A DNA stretch of 14,983 nt from Candidatus Bathyarchaeota archaeon (GTDB taxonomy: Archaea > Thermoproteota > Bathyarchaeia > Bathyarchaeales > Bathycorpusculaceae): NCBI GenBank assembly GCA_963777155.1, contig CAVZPM010000005.1:1-14983 (forward strand). Direction: 5' to 3'. The notes under the pieces are model-generated. The model was not told where the DNA came from, ran no database searches, and saw nothing but the letters and a program-made list of their open reading frames with translations. This document shows positions 7,959 to 14,983 of the stretch, piece by piece. Position 1 is the stretch's first letter. Every line of letters begins with the position of its first letter. A program made the position numbers and the translations under genes.

Positions 7959-9028
7959 TCATCTTACGATGTTAACTCCGGTGGAAGCGGAGAACTCTCG
8001 ATAGAGTCTTTGATTGTATATTAAACTTGCCGGATTAAAGTTCTTCATCAACATTGTAACGTATTGATCAGGCATTCTACGCACGAGATACTGGACAGCT
8101 AATACGTTTCTTCCAATTTCTTCTAAAACTTATTCAAATTCCACAAGAAGGCCTTAAGAATAGCAAGACTGCTCTCCAGCTGTCCACTTGCCAAACTCGA
8201 AGAAGCTCTAACTACTTCAAAAAACAACAACAATGGAAGGTACTTAATCAAATTCAAAAGACTATAGTTCTTTACAAGAGTCATTACACGATTCTTGCAG
8301 TGATGAAAGACAAGTATACCTCGCTTCCGAGAAGTAGTCGTACTCCTTCGGTGATAAACAATTGAGGTTGGAGCTACAACTGTTTTGTATCCTGCTAGCC
8401 TCATTCTCCATGAAAGGTCAACATCTTCATAGGCAAAGAAATAATCAGAGTCAAAAAGCTCAGCCTTCCCCGAACCCATTTTCTTGAGCGCTCGCATCTT
8501 AATCGTTACAGCAGCACCGTTGGCATAAAACACTTCATCCACTTCAGTATACATGTTTTTGCCTTTTACAAATCCCCTCTCAAAGCCATAACCACACTTA
8601 TCGATGAAAGCACCAGCGCTTTCAAGAACCTCACGATTATACCAAAAAAACAGTTTACTCTGAATAATACCAATTTTCTCATCCGACTCGGCAACTTTTA
8701 TCGATTCACGCAACCAATCCTTGTCAACTTCGGTATCATTGTTTAACAGAGTAACGTAGGCACCTTTGGAATAGGTTAACCCAATGTTATTGCCTTCAGC
8801 AAAACCCTTATTCTCATCATTTTTAACAAAACGCAATCGTTTATCTTTGCCAAACTTGCTAATAGCCGATTCATAACTCCCGTCTACTGAAGCGTTATCA
8901 ACAAAAATAACCTCAAAATTTGAGTAGTTGGTATCCAAGACAGATTGAATACATCTATCTACAACACTGGCGCCATTGTAATTAAGAATAATAATCGAAA
9001 CCAAGGGATTAATGGGAGCTTCGTTCAA
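7959..9028 (-). CDS. GT2 family glycosyltransferase (GT_2_like_c / WbbL-like). The track ORF stops at 8123, but the C-terminus appears to continue after a frameshift to 7959.
   Basis: Motifs VSIIILNYNG, IFVDNASVDGS, NKGFAEGNNIG, LLNNDTEV, FFAYEDVDLSWRMRLAGY and VYHRRS. After TTT TAG (8123) another frame reads LAVQYLVRRMPDQYVTMLMKNFNPASLIYNQRLYREFSASTGVNIVR* (stop 7959-7961). Confidence 0.85.
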
Positions 9029-9034
9029 AACATC

Positions 9035-9964
9035 TCACTTGGAGCGTCCAAGAAGAGACAAGTACTCTTTAATGCCTTCTTCAGGGCTTCTTGCAACTAT
9101 ACCCAATTGTTTCTGCATAAAGCTCGTTTCAGCTAATGTATAATCGAAGTATTTTTCAGGTTTTGGAACAAAGACGGGCTCAATTTTCTTCCCCAACAAG
9201 TCATTAATTATGTTTACAACATCGTTGAATTTGAGGTTCCTTCCAGTTCCCACATTGACTATTGTATTTGAGATTGATTTCTCTGCAGAACTTACAATCG
9301 AATCAACAACATCATCAATGTAAACAAAGTCCCTATTCTGAGTCCCATCTCCAAAGATTACGGGGCGCTCATTTTTGAGCATACAATTCAGAAAAATCGT
9401 CACCACACTTGCATAATCGCCCTTATGTTCCTCTCCAGGACCGAACCCGGCAAAAATTCTTAAGCCCACGCTTGGGACTTGGTCAAAATTCCACATTGCG
9501 ATTTTTTCGCAAGTGAGCTTAGTTATTCCATAGAGATTTGTTGGTTTAGCTAAGCCATGTTCTGATTGAGGAGCAGGAGCGGTTCCATAAACACTGCCAC
9601 TTGATGGATAAACTACTTTTTGGGCTCCAACAGTTTTTGCAAATTCAAAAGCATTGGTCAGACCACAGATGGTGCTGCTTAAAGCAAAGACAGGGTCTTT
9701 GTTAAATAATATTATCGATGAGGGTGCTCCAAAATGGAATATGTAATCGATATCTTGGGGAAGAGTCTCGAACGTTTTTCTGTAACTTACATCGGCGTTA
9801 ATAATATCTACAGGCATTTTCGAGAGCGTTTCTTTGGGTTTTCCAGTGGAAAAGTTGTCCAAAGCAACCACTTTGGCATTTAGATGAACAAATCTTTTCA
9901 GAAGATTATAACCAATAAAACCTGCGGCGCCGGTAATCAGGACTTTTCTATTATTCCACTTCAT
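9035..9964 (-). CDS. NAD-dependent sugar-nucleotide epimerase/dehydratase (extended SDR)
   Basis: Motifs ITGAAGFIG, DNFSTG, SSGSVYG, catalytic YGITK, GPGEEHKGDYASVV, GDGTQNRDFVYIDDVV and NVGTG. Intact 309 aa. Substrate cannot be assigned. Confidence 0.88.
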   Translation of the reverse strand: MKWNNRKVLITGAAGFIGYNLLKRFVHLNAKVVALDNFSTGKPKETLSKMPVDIINADVSYRKTFETLPQDIDYIFHFGAPSSIILFNKDPVFALSSTICGLTNAFEFAKTVGAQKVVYPSSGSVYGTAPAPQSEHGLAKPTNLYGITKLTCEKIAMWNFDQVPSVGLRIFAGFGPGEEHKGDYASVVTIFLNCMLKNERPVIFGDGTQNRDFVYIDDVVDSIVSSAEKSISNTIVNVGTGRNLKFNDVVNIINDLLGKKIEPVFVPKPEKYFDYTLAETSFMQKQLGIVARSPEEGIKEYLSLLGRSK

Positions 9965-10017
9965 GGTAGACCATCTATCAATCTAAGATTTAGATTGCTA
10001 TTGGCTTGGGCGATAAT

Positions 10018-11274
10018 TTAAGACTTGTGTTTTTCTAATACACGATAATATAGGTCCTCTGTGCATTTTGCTACTTGCTGCCAAGAACGCTCCGCTGCAA
10101 TGCTTCTCGCGGACTTTGAAAGCTCCAAATTGAAAGAGTCATCATCAAGCGCCTTTCTCAGTTTTTGGGATAGATCAGAAACAGATCCAGTTTTAAAAAC
10201 AGCCGATTCTGGGAGGATATCGCTAAATGATGAGACTTTTGAAGCAATCACAGGTTTGTAGTGACCAACGGTAATGTTCATTGGTCCACCGGTTGAAAAA
10301 GAGGCAACATAGGGAAAGACGACAACATTAGAAGCTGAAATATAAGTTGATAATTGGTCATCAGGAATGAAACCGACAAATTTTATTCGTTTATCACCTG
10401 AGATTTCACCCATTATTGAATCCCAGAATTTTTTGTAGTCTGGGTCGTTCTTCAATCTTGGATGTGCCGCGCCACCAATTACAAGAACGCAATTTGGATC
10501 CTTGATGTTTTTAAAAGCCTTAACAAGAATATCAATCCCCTTATATTTTGTAATATAGCCAAAATATAGCACAACTTTCTGCCCGTCAAAACCAAGCCTT
10601 TTCTTAGCTATTTCTGTGTCAATTGGTTCGCTTTTGGGGATACCATGAGGTACCAAAACTATTTTTTCGGGTGAGCAACGATATTGTTCTATTAGGACAT
10701 TTCTATGAGTGTTATTCATTACAATAATTTTGTCTGAAGTATCAGTAATTAATCGTGTAATCAGCAACAAACCCATTTGCGATAACCAAATTGGTATTCC
10801 CTGAAGGTTTTCATTCCCTAAACTGCCTAATTCAGGGTCTCTAATTTCAACAGGATTAACTATACCATGCAAAGTCACTATTGTCTTCAATCTAAGAAAT
10901 TTTCCAAGGAAAATAGCTATGGGGAATAGCGCAGCGGAGAATGCGCGACCAAAAATAAAGTATTCATGTTGAATATGAACAATCTGTGGTTTGTTTTGAC
11001 AGAGTGACTTAAAGATTTGAAATGGATATAAGATGCCTTCATTCCAACAATTTACGATTTTAATTTTATCAGAAAAGGGGTTTTTTCCCAATTTTTTGAC
11101 ATTATTTTTTTGAGATAATATTACTATTTGAAAATTTGAAAAATTGAATGATTCAGTAAGATTTTTTGTATAAGTGGAAACGCCACCGCCATCTGGTGGA
11201 GTGGTAGAAACAATGCATACTACTGGGGTATTAGTTCTGTTGACCACCCGTCTCTTCTGCATATTTCTCAACAA
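10018..11274 (-). CDS. GT4 family (GT-B fold) glycosyltransferase
   Basis: Motifs GGVSTYTKNL, VHIQHEY, IVTLHG, VPHGIP, LYFGYITKYKGIDILVKAF, FVGFIPD, VVFPY, KPVIAS and ERSWQQVA. Alternative ATG start at 11262. Confidence 0.88.
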   Translation of the reverse strand: MLRNMQKRRVVNRTNTPVVCIVSTTPPDGGGVSTYTKNLTESFNFSNFQIVILSQKNNVKKLGKNPFSDKIKIVNCWNEGILYPFQIFKSLCQNKPQIVHIQHEYFIFGRAFSAALFPIAIFLGKFLRLKTIVTLHGIVNPVEIRDPELGSLGNENLQGIPIWLSQMGLLLITRLITDTSDKIIVMNNTHRNVLIEQYRCSPEKIVLVPHGIPKSEPIDTEIAKKRLGFDGQKVVLYFGYITKYKGIDILVKAFKNIKDPNCVLVIGGAAHPRLKNDPDYKKFWDSIMGEISGDKRIKFVGFIPDDQLSTYISASNVVVFPYVASFSTGGPMNITVGHYKPVIASKVSSFSDILPESAVFKTGSVSDLSQKLRKALDDDSFNLELSKSARSIAAERSWQQVAKCTEDLYYRVLEKHKS

Positions 11275-11336
11275 CTATTTTGAGCGAATAAAAGTGTTGC
11301 TATTTGAGTTTCATATTTGACAAATGAAATGGCTTG

Positions 11337-12107
11337 TTAGCCGCGAAAAATAAAAGAAATCATGTTTTGAAAACCATTTTTCTTTGGTAATTCTCGTTGA
11401 TACCAATGGATAATACGAAGTCTGTATGCTATGCCTAAAAGATCCAAAAACATATGTAACATTTCTTTTGGCTTAAATTTTGCATCTAACTTTATACTTA
11501 CAGGCATTTCTACTACTTTTAGGCCATAGAGATTAGCCACCGCCAATAATTCAACGTCAAACGCATAACGTTTGACAGCTAATCGAGGAAAAATATCTAC
11601 AAAGGCACTTTTTCTCATTGCTTTAAGTCCAGATTGGGTATCTTTAAGAGGCACTCCAGTAAGAAGTCGAACTAGAGCGTTGAAGGTCTCACTAAGAATT
11701 CTTCGAGATACAGGCACTTCAACTTGTGATTGGCTATGTTTTTTTGACGCTATAACAATGTCACCATGTCGTAGAGCGTCAATGTAGTCTGATACTTTTT
11801 TAAGATCAATTTCCATATCGCTATCGGTAAAGAAAACAATATTTCCAACAGACCGCAAAAAGCCAATTTTGATAGCATGCCCTTTCCCCACGTTTTTGGC
11901 ATAACTTAGCACACGTACATGGCCGTTTCTTCCAGCGTACTTCCTTGCCTTCGCTAAGGTTTCATCAGCGCTGCCATCGTTCACCACTAGAATTTCATAG
12001 GATAAATTCTTGTCAAGTACTATAGCGTCGATTGAACCTAGCGTGTCTTCGATGAAGTCTTCCTCATTGTAGGCAGGAACAACAAATGATAGTTCAACTT
12101 GACTCAA
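11337..12107 (-). CDS. GT2 dolichyl-phosphate glycosyltransferase-like (DPM1/ALG5-like)
   Basis: Motifs SFVVPAYNEE, VVNDGSADET, NVGKGHAIKIG, FTDSDME, DIVIASK, DTQSGLK, YAFDVELL and VVEMPV. The start overlaps the upstream stop (TTGA). Confidence 0.85.
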   Translation of the reverse strand: MSQVELSFVVPAYNEEDFIEDTLGSIDAIVLDKNLSYEILVVNDGSADETLAKARKYAGRNGHVRVLSYAKNVGKGHAIKIGFLRSVGNIVFFTDSDMEIDLKKVSDYIDALRHGDIVIASKKHSQSQVEVPVSRRILSETFNALVRLLTGVPLKDTQSGLKAMRKSAFVDIFPRLAVKRYAFDVELLAVANLYGLKVVEMPVSIKLDAKFKPKEMLHMFLDLLGIAYRLRIIHWYQRELPKKNGFQNMISFIFRG

Positions 12108-12376
12108 GAAGGCACCTCTGAGGTATGGACTTTTTGCTCATATTTTAGGAAGCTTGCAAGTTGTAATACGACTCCACCAACTAGAGCGTAAAATGCATAG
12201 ACAGAAAGAGTGTCGGCTGAAGATACGGCAGAACCTGCTAGAAGCACCATAAAGCTAACTAGAAATGGTGAACCCCAATTCTTTATTACGTAATCTTTGA
12301 GTCTATGGAACATCTTGGGGAAATTATTTGCAATGTTGCTTCTAAACTGTTTCCATAATATTCGAATTCTATTCAT
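12104..12376 (-). CDS. Small membrane protein (~90 aa, 2 predicted TM segments), hypothetical; track start 12517, more likely ATG 12376 or GTG 12379
   Basis: A basic N-terminal half is followed by NWGSPFLVSFMVLLAGSAV and YAFYALVGGVVLQLASFLKY. The stop overlaps the GT2 start. TTTAAA lies at 12416-12421, ~40 nt upstream of the proposed start. Confidence 0.6.
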   Translation of the reverse strand: MNRIRILWKQFRSNIANNFPKMFHRLKDYVIKNWGSPFLVSFMVLLAGSAVSSADTLSVYAFYALVGGVVLQLASFLKYEQKVHTSEVPS

Positions 12377-12415
12377 CACTCTAATTCCTAAATTGAAGAG
12401 TACTTTTTGTATCAC

Positions 12416-12421
12416 TTTAAA
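12416..12421 (-). promoter_or_regulatory. Candidate TATA box upstream of the small membrane protein / GT2 unit
   Basis: TTTAAA sits at a plausible distance from ATG 12376. The AT-rich context limits confidence. Confidence 0.25.
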
Positions 12422-12674
12422 CTGTAAACCAAAATGCACCGCTTTAATTTTGAAAAACATCAATTGTGTATAATTAAGGAGTAGGAAGTCACTGCGATTA
12501 GGTTTACCATCGAACATTGCTAATTTCCTTGCAACAAAGACGCTTTTTAGAATCCTTTTGTTAGTATTTATGAATTGTGTATATTAGATAAGTAGAACCG
12601 TCATAATTTAGAAAACTGAAAAGATATAAAGTTAAATTTCTACAAAAATAGTTATCATTATTTGTTCATTACTG

Positions 12675-14192
12675 TTATTGACTCGCATTATAGCTATAAA
12701 TGGCAATTCTTCCACTATGATAGATTTCACTAAATGACAAGGGCAAAGTGGGTTGTTCATACCATCCTTGTCCATTTACCCACCATATAAGAAAAACCTG
12801 CTCGTGTCCTTCCTGCGCAGCTGCCATTGCTGCTTTGTCGGGAGCTCCGAACTCATAATTCATTACTTGACTTTCGTTAAGAGTAAGTAAAGCCCAGCCG
12901 TTAAAAACTGTATGCGTAAGCAAAAGCGAGTTGTTATTTGTATTGTTCTTAAACCATTGGAGGGCATTAGATGTATCTACGCAATCGGATTTTGGAATGG
13001 TATTTTGAAGCATTGAAGAGGGAATTTGATATCCGTAATGATTCAGATATTGAGGACTAAAGTAGGCAAAAGGCTTTTCAGAAGTCATGAACATGAAGCC
13101 AATACCCAAAATAATTGTTGATAAAGCAAGGTATACTATCGCAATTCTCCTGGCTATAAGTCCGTAACGTTTCCATTTAATTGACTTCAGCCTGCTTAGA
13201 CCATCTGTCGCATAAAATGCAAGTGGATAGGTAAGCATAAGTACCCAACGATAAGGACTTACGGAAGCAATGGGTAGTAACATCAGAATTACACTAAACA
13301 GAAGCCATGACTCAAATTGAATATTTCTAAGCCTCCAGAGACTTATCACAACCAACGGCAAAAGTAACGAGAAACAATATAGAAACAATCCTCCAGTGCT
13401 TATCAGCATGGATTGATATGAAGTAAAGCCAGTCCAGCTAAGCATGGCTGACCCAACATTGGTGGAGTAATTAAGAAAACCAGCTTGCAATACACCGCTT
13501 ACGTAAACCACGAAAAAAAAGACCGCTGCGGGCAAAGAAAGTAAAACTAGATTTATTGAACTCCGAATTTTCTTATGGAATAAGTCTGTGACACATGTAA
13601 AGAAAATGACCCCAAACATTAGTACCGAAACTAATTGATGAGATAACACTACAGCAAACATTGCTAAAGAAAGAGAAAGGAATTTTTTCCGAGAATCAAA
13701 CTTTTGGTTAATGAGCAACATTAAGACAACAAAGAAGAAAATCAAACCAAGTTCTTCTCGAAGTTGATCCCAAGAGGCTCGCAAAGCCACAAAATACACT
13801 GTTCCTAATAGAGAAACAAATACACTTTTGGAAGGTGACCATCCTAAGCCCTTTTTGGCGTACGCATACATTGATAATCCTAATAGGCCGAGAAGCAATG
13901 GTGGAAGTATCTTAAGCACCCAAACCGGTGATCCGCCAACAGCAACTATTGACGCAAAAAACGTATAGAACAAGGGTGCAGTTGCAAGAAAGTGACCTAA
14001 GTCTACACCATTGTGTAACCACAGGAGAGTATTTGGAACATAGAAGCCGATTGTATCAAAACCAACAATGAAGGGTCCCATCAAAATCTCTGGTATAACC
14101 CTAATAGCTAATGGTAGAAGGAATGCTAGAAATGGGAAAATACATCGGTTCTGGCTGATCCAAGTCTTCACAATATTAGGAACTGTTGTCAC
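12675..14192 (-). CDS. Polytopic membrane protein, probable GT-C superfamily glycosyltransferase (PMT/ArnT-like architecture)
   Basis: About 11-13 hydrophobic segments by eye. TM1 ends in IR and is followed by an acidic loop (VGFDTIGFY). Also APLFY, LRASWDQLREELGL, SHQL, YRW and a soluble C-terminal domain (ALQWFKNN...IYHSGRIAIY). Intact 505 aa. Confidence 0.6.
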   Translation of the reverse strand: MTTVPNIVKTWISQNRCIFPFLAFLLPLAIRVIPEILMGPFIVGFDTIGFYVPNTLLWLHNGVDLGHFLATAPLFYTFFASIVAVGGSPVWVLKILPPLLLGLLGLSMYAYAKKGLGWSPSKSVFVSLLGTVYFVALRASWDQLREELGLIFFFVVLMLLINQKFDSRKKFLSLSLAMFAVVLSHQLVSVLMFGVIFFTCVTDLFHKKIRSSINLVLLSLPAAVFFFVVYVSGVLQAGFLNYSTNVGSAMLSWTGFTSYQSMLISTGGLFLYCFSLLLPLVVISLWRLRNIQFESWLLFSVILMLLPIASVSPYRWVLMLTYPLAFYATDGLSRLKSIKWKRYGLIARRIAIVYLALSTIILGIGFMFMTSEKPFAYFSPQYLNHYGYQIPSSMLQNTIPKSDCVDTSNALQWFKNNTNNNSLLLTHTVFNGWALLTLNESQVMNYEFGAPDKAAMAAAQEGHEQVFLIWWVNGQGWYEQPTLPLSFSEIYHSGRIAIYSYNASQ

Positions 14193-14310
14193 TTTATTCT
14201 TCCAACACTAGAGCAAATTTGAATGATACTAAACTTTGATAGCCACCTAAATGCCTTGCGCTATTATGAAATAAAATAGTGCTATGAAGTTGAGCCCCAA
14301 GTAATACTCG

Positions 14311-14982
14311 TTACGGGCTGTTCTGGATTGCGTATTTTGCAGCGCTTAAAATTAAACCGTTCGTATTTGACCCCGTGCCTGCAAGTTGGCGACTATCTTC
14401 AGTGACACCCTCGCTGAACCCATTTGAGGGGGCAGGAAGAGCTTTTTCAAGATGTACGTTCATGTTGTAAGCGTATGATGTGTTATAGATAGCAAGAAAG
14501 CCCATCGCTACCTTTGTGTAAATTATAGGACTAATGTCAAAGGGTTGGTAATTCTCATCTAAAATGACCCAGGTTCGATTTCCGAGAACTACCCATTCAT
14601 ATGTCCAGTGATAGTCGAGAGAAGCGCCTTCACTAAAAGCGCGGTAAACACCTGTGGCGTTATAGTATGCTTCGTGAGCCAGATAGATTTGATGCATTAT
14701 GTACATGAGTTGTGAGCTATTGTTGTTGAGGTCAAAAACTGAACAGAGTAGGGGATCCCCCAGAATTGAAGAGATAGGTAAAGTGACGTTGTTGGTTGTA
14801 ACATTGCCAGATGTAAGAATATTATTGAGAATCATGTTTGGAGCAGTTGAGAGTTGGGCTGGCCAAAAACTGGCAAATCCACTGTAGACATAGTAAGAAT
14901 AAATGCTAGTTGATATCTTGCTGTCTGCTAAGACACTGGGCACTAATGTTTGAAAATCTGATCTATTGTTTAGTTGTCCATA
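14311..14982 (-). CDS. C-terminal part of a DUF3131-like, putative (alpha/alpha)6 glycoside-hydrolase-like protein; 5' end lies outside the window
   Basis: The frame is open from the window edge (YGQLNNRSDFQTLVPS...). Motifs AHEAYYNATG..AFSEG, YEWV, YTKVAMGFLAIYNTSYA, GFSEGV and NTNGLILSAAKY resemble DUF3131 C-termini as I recall them. Many N-x-S/T sequons suggest it is extracellular. Confidence 0.5.
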   Translation of the reverse strand, partial: YGQLNNRSDFQTLVPSVLADSKISTSIYSYYVYSGFASFWPAQLSTAPNMILNNILTSGNVTTNNVTLPISSILGDPLLCSVFDLNNNSSQLMYIMHQIYLAHEAYYNATGVYRAFSEGASLDYHWTYEWVVLGNRTWVILDENYQPFDISPIIYTKVAMGFLAIYNTSYAYNMNVHLEKALPAPSNGFSEGVTEDSRQLAGTGSNTNGLILSAAKYAIQNSP

Positions 14983-14983
14983 C

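Noticed and set aside
3573-8130. Programmed ribosomal frameshifting or SSR phase variation as a general explanation for the breaks
   Set aside because: The breaks are numerous, occur in both directions, and mostly lack long homopolymers or a shared slippery motif.
12377-12517. N-terminal 47 codons of the track ORF 12104-12517
   Set aside because: Probably a chance upstream extension. It contains a TATA-like box, and a better start lies at 12376/12379.
8945-14887. Plus-strand ORFs 8945-9136, 10061-10261, 11572-11787 and 14699-14887
   Set aside because: Short antisense shadows of intact minus-strand genes.

Overview
Archaeal-type cell-surface glycosylation locus. Bathyarchaeia-like origin is an inference from TATA-like boxes, frequent TTG/GTG starts and protein family types. 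The + strand carries galU-like nucleotidyltransferase, UDP-glucuronate decarboxylase (UXS-like) and a SAM methyltransferase. The - strand, in transcription order, carries a DUF3131-like protein (partial), a GT-C-like polytopic membrane protein, a small membrane protein, a DPM-synthase-like GT2, a GT4, an NAD-dependent epimerase, a second GT2, a very large (~1300 codon) AftD/YfhO-like membrane protein and a second SAM methyltransferase. The ORF track splits the large gene into six pieces, but it can be rebuilt as one gene (7879->3944). It contains an unexpected ~720-bp, very AT-rich insert encoding degenerate Asn/Tyr/Ser-rich repeats (NS[SPTV]EYQN[YF]L) full of N-glycosylation sequons. All frame disruptions fall between ~2.4 and 8.1 kb and peak in that insert, while flanking genes are intact. 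Sequencing/consensus error or strain heterogeneity explains this at least as well as real pseudogenisation. No RNA genes, CRISPR arrays, transposases or reverse transcriptase were seen.
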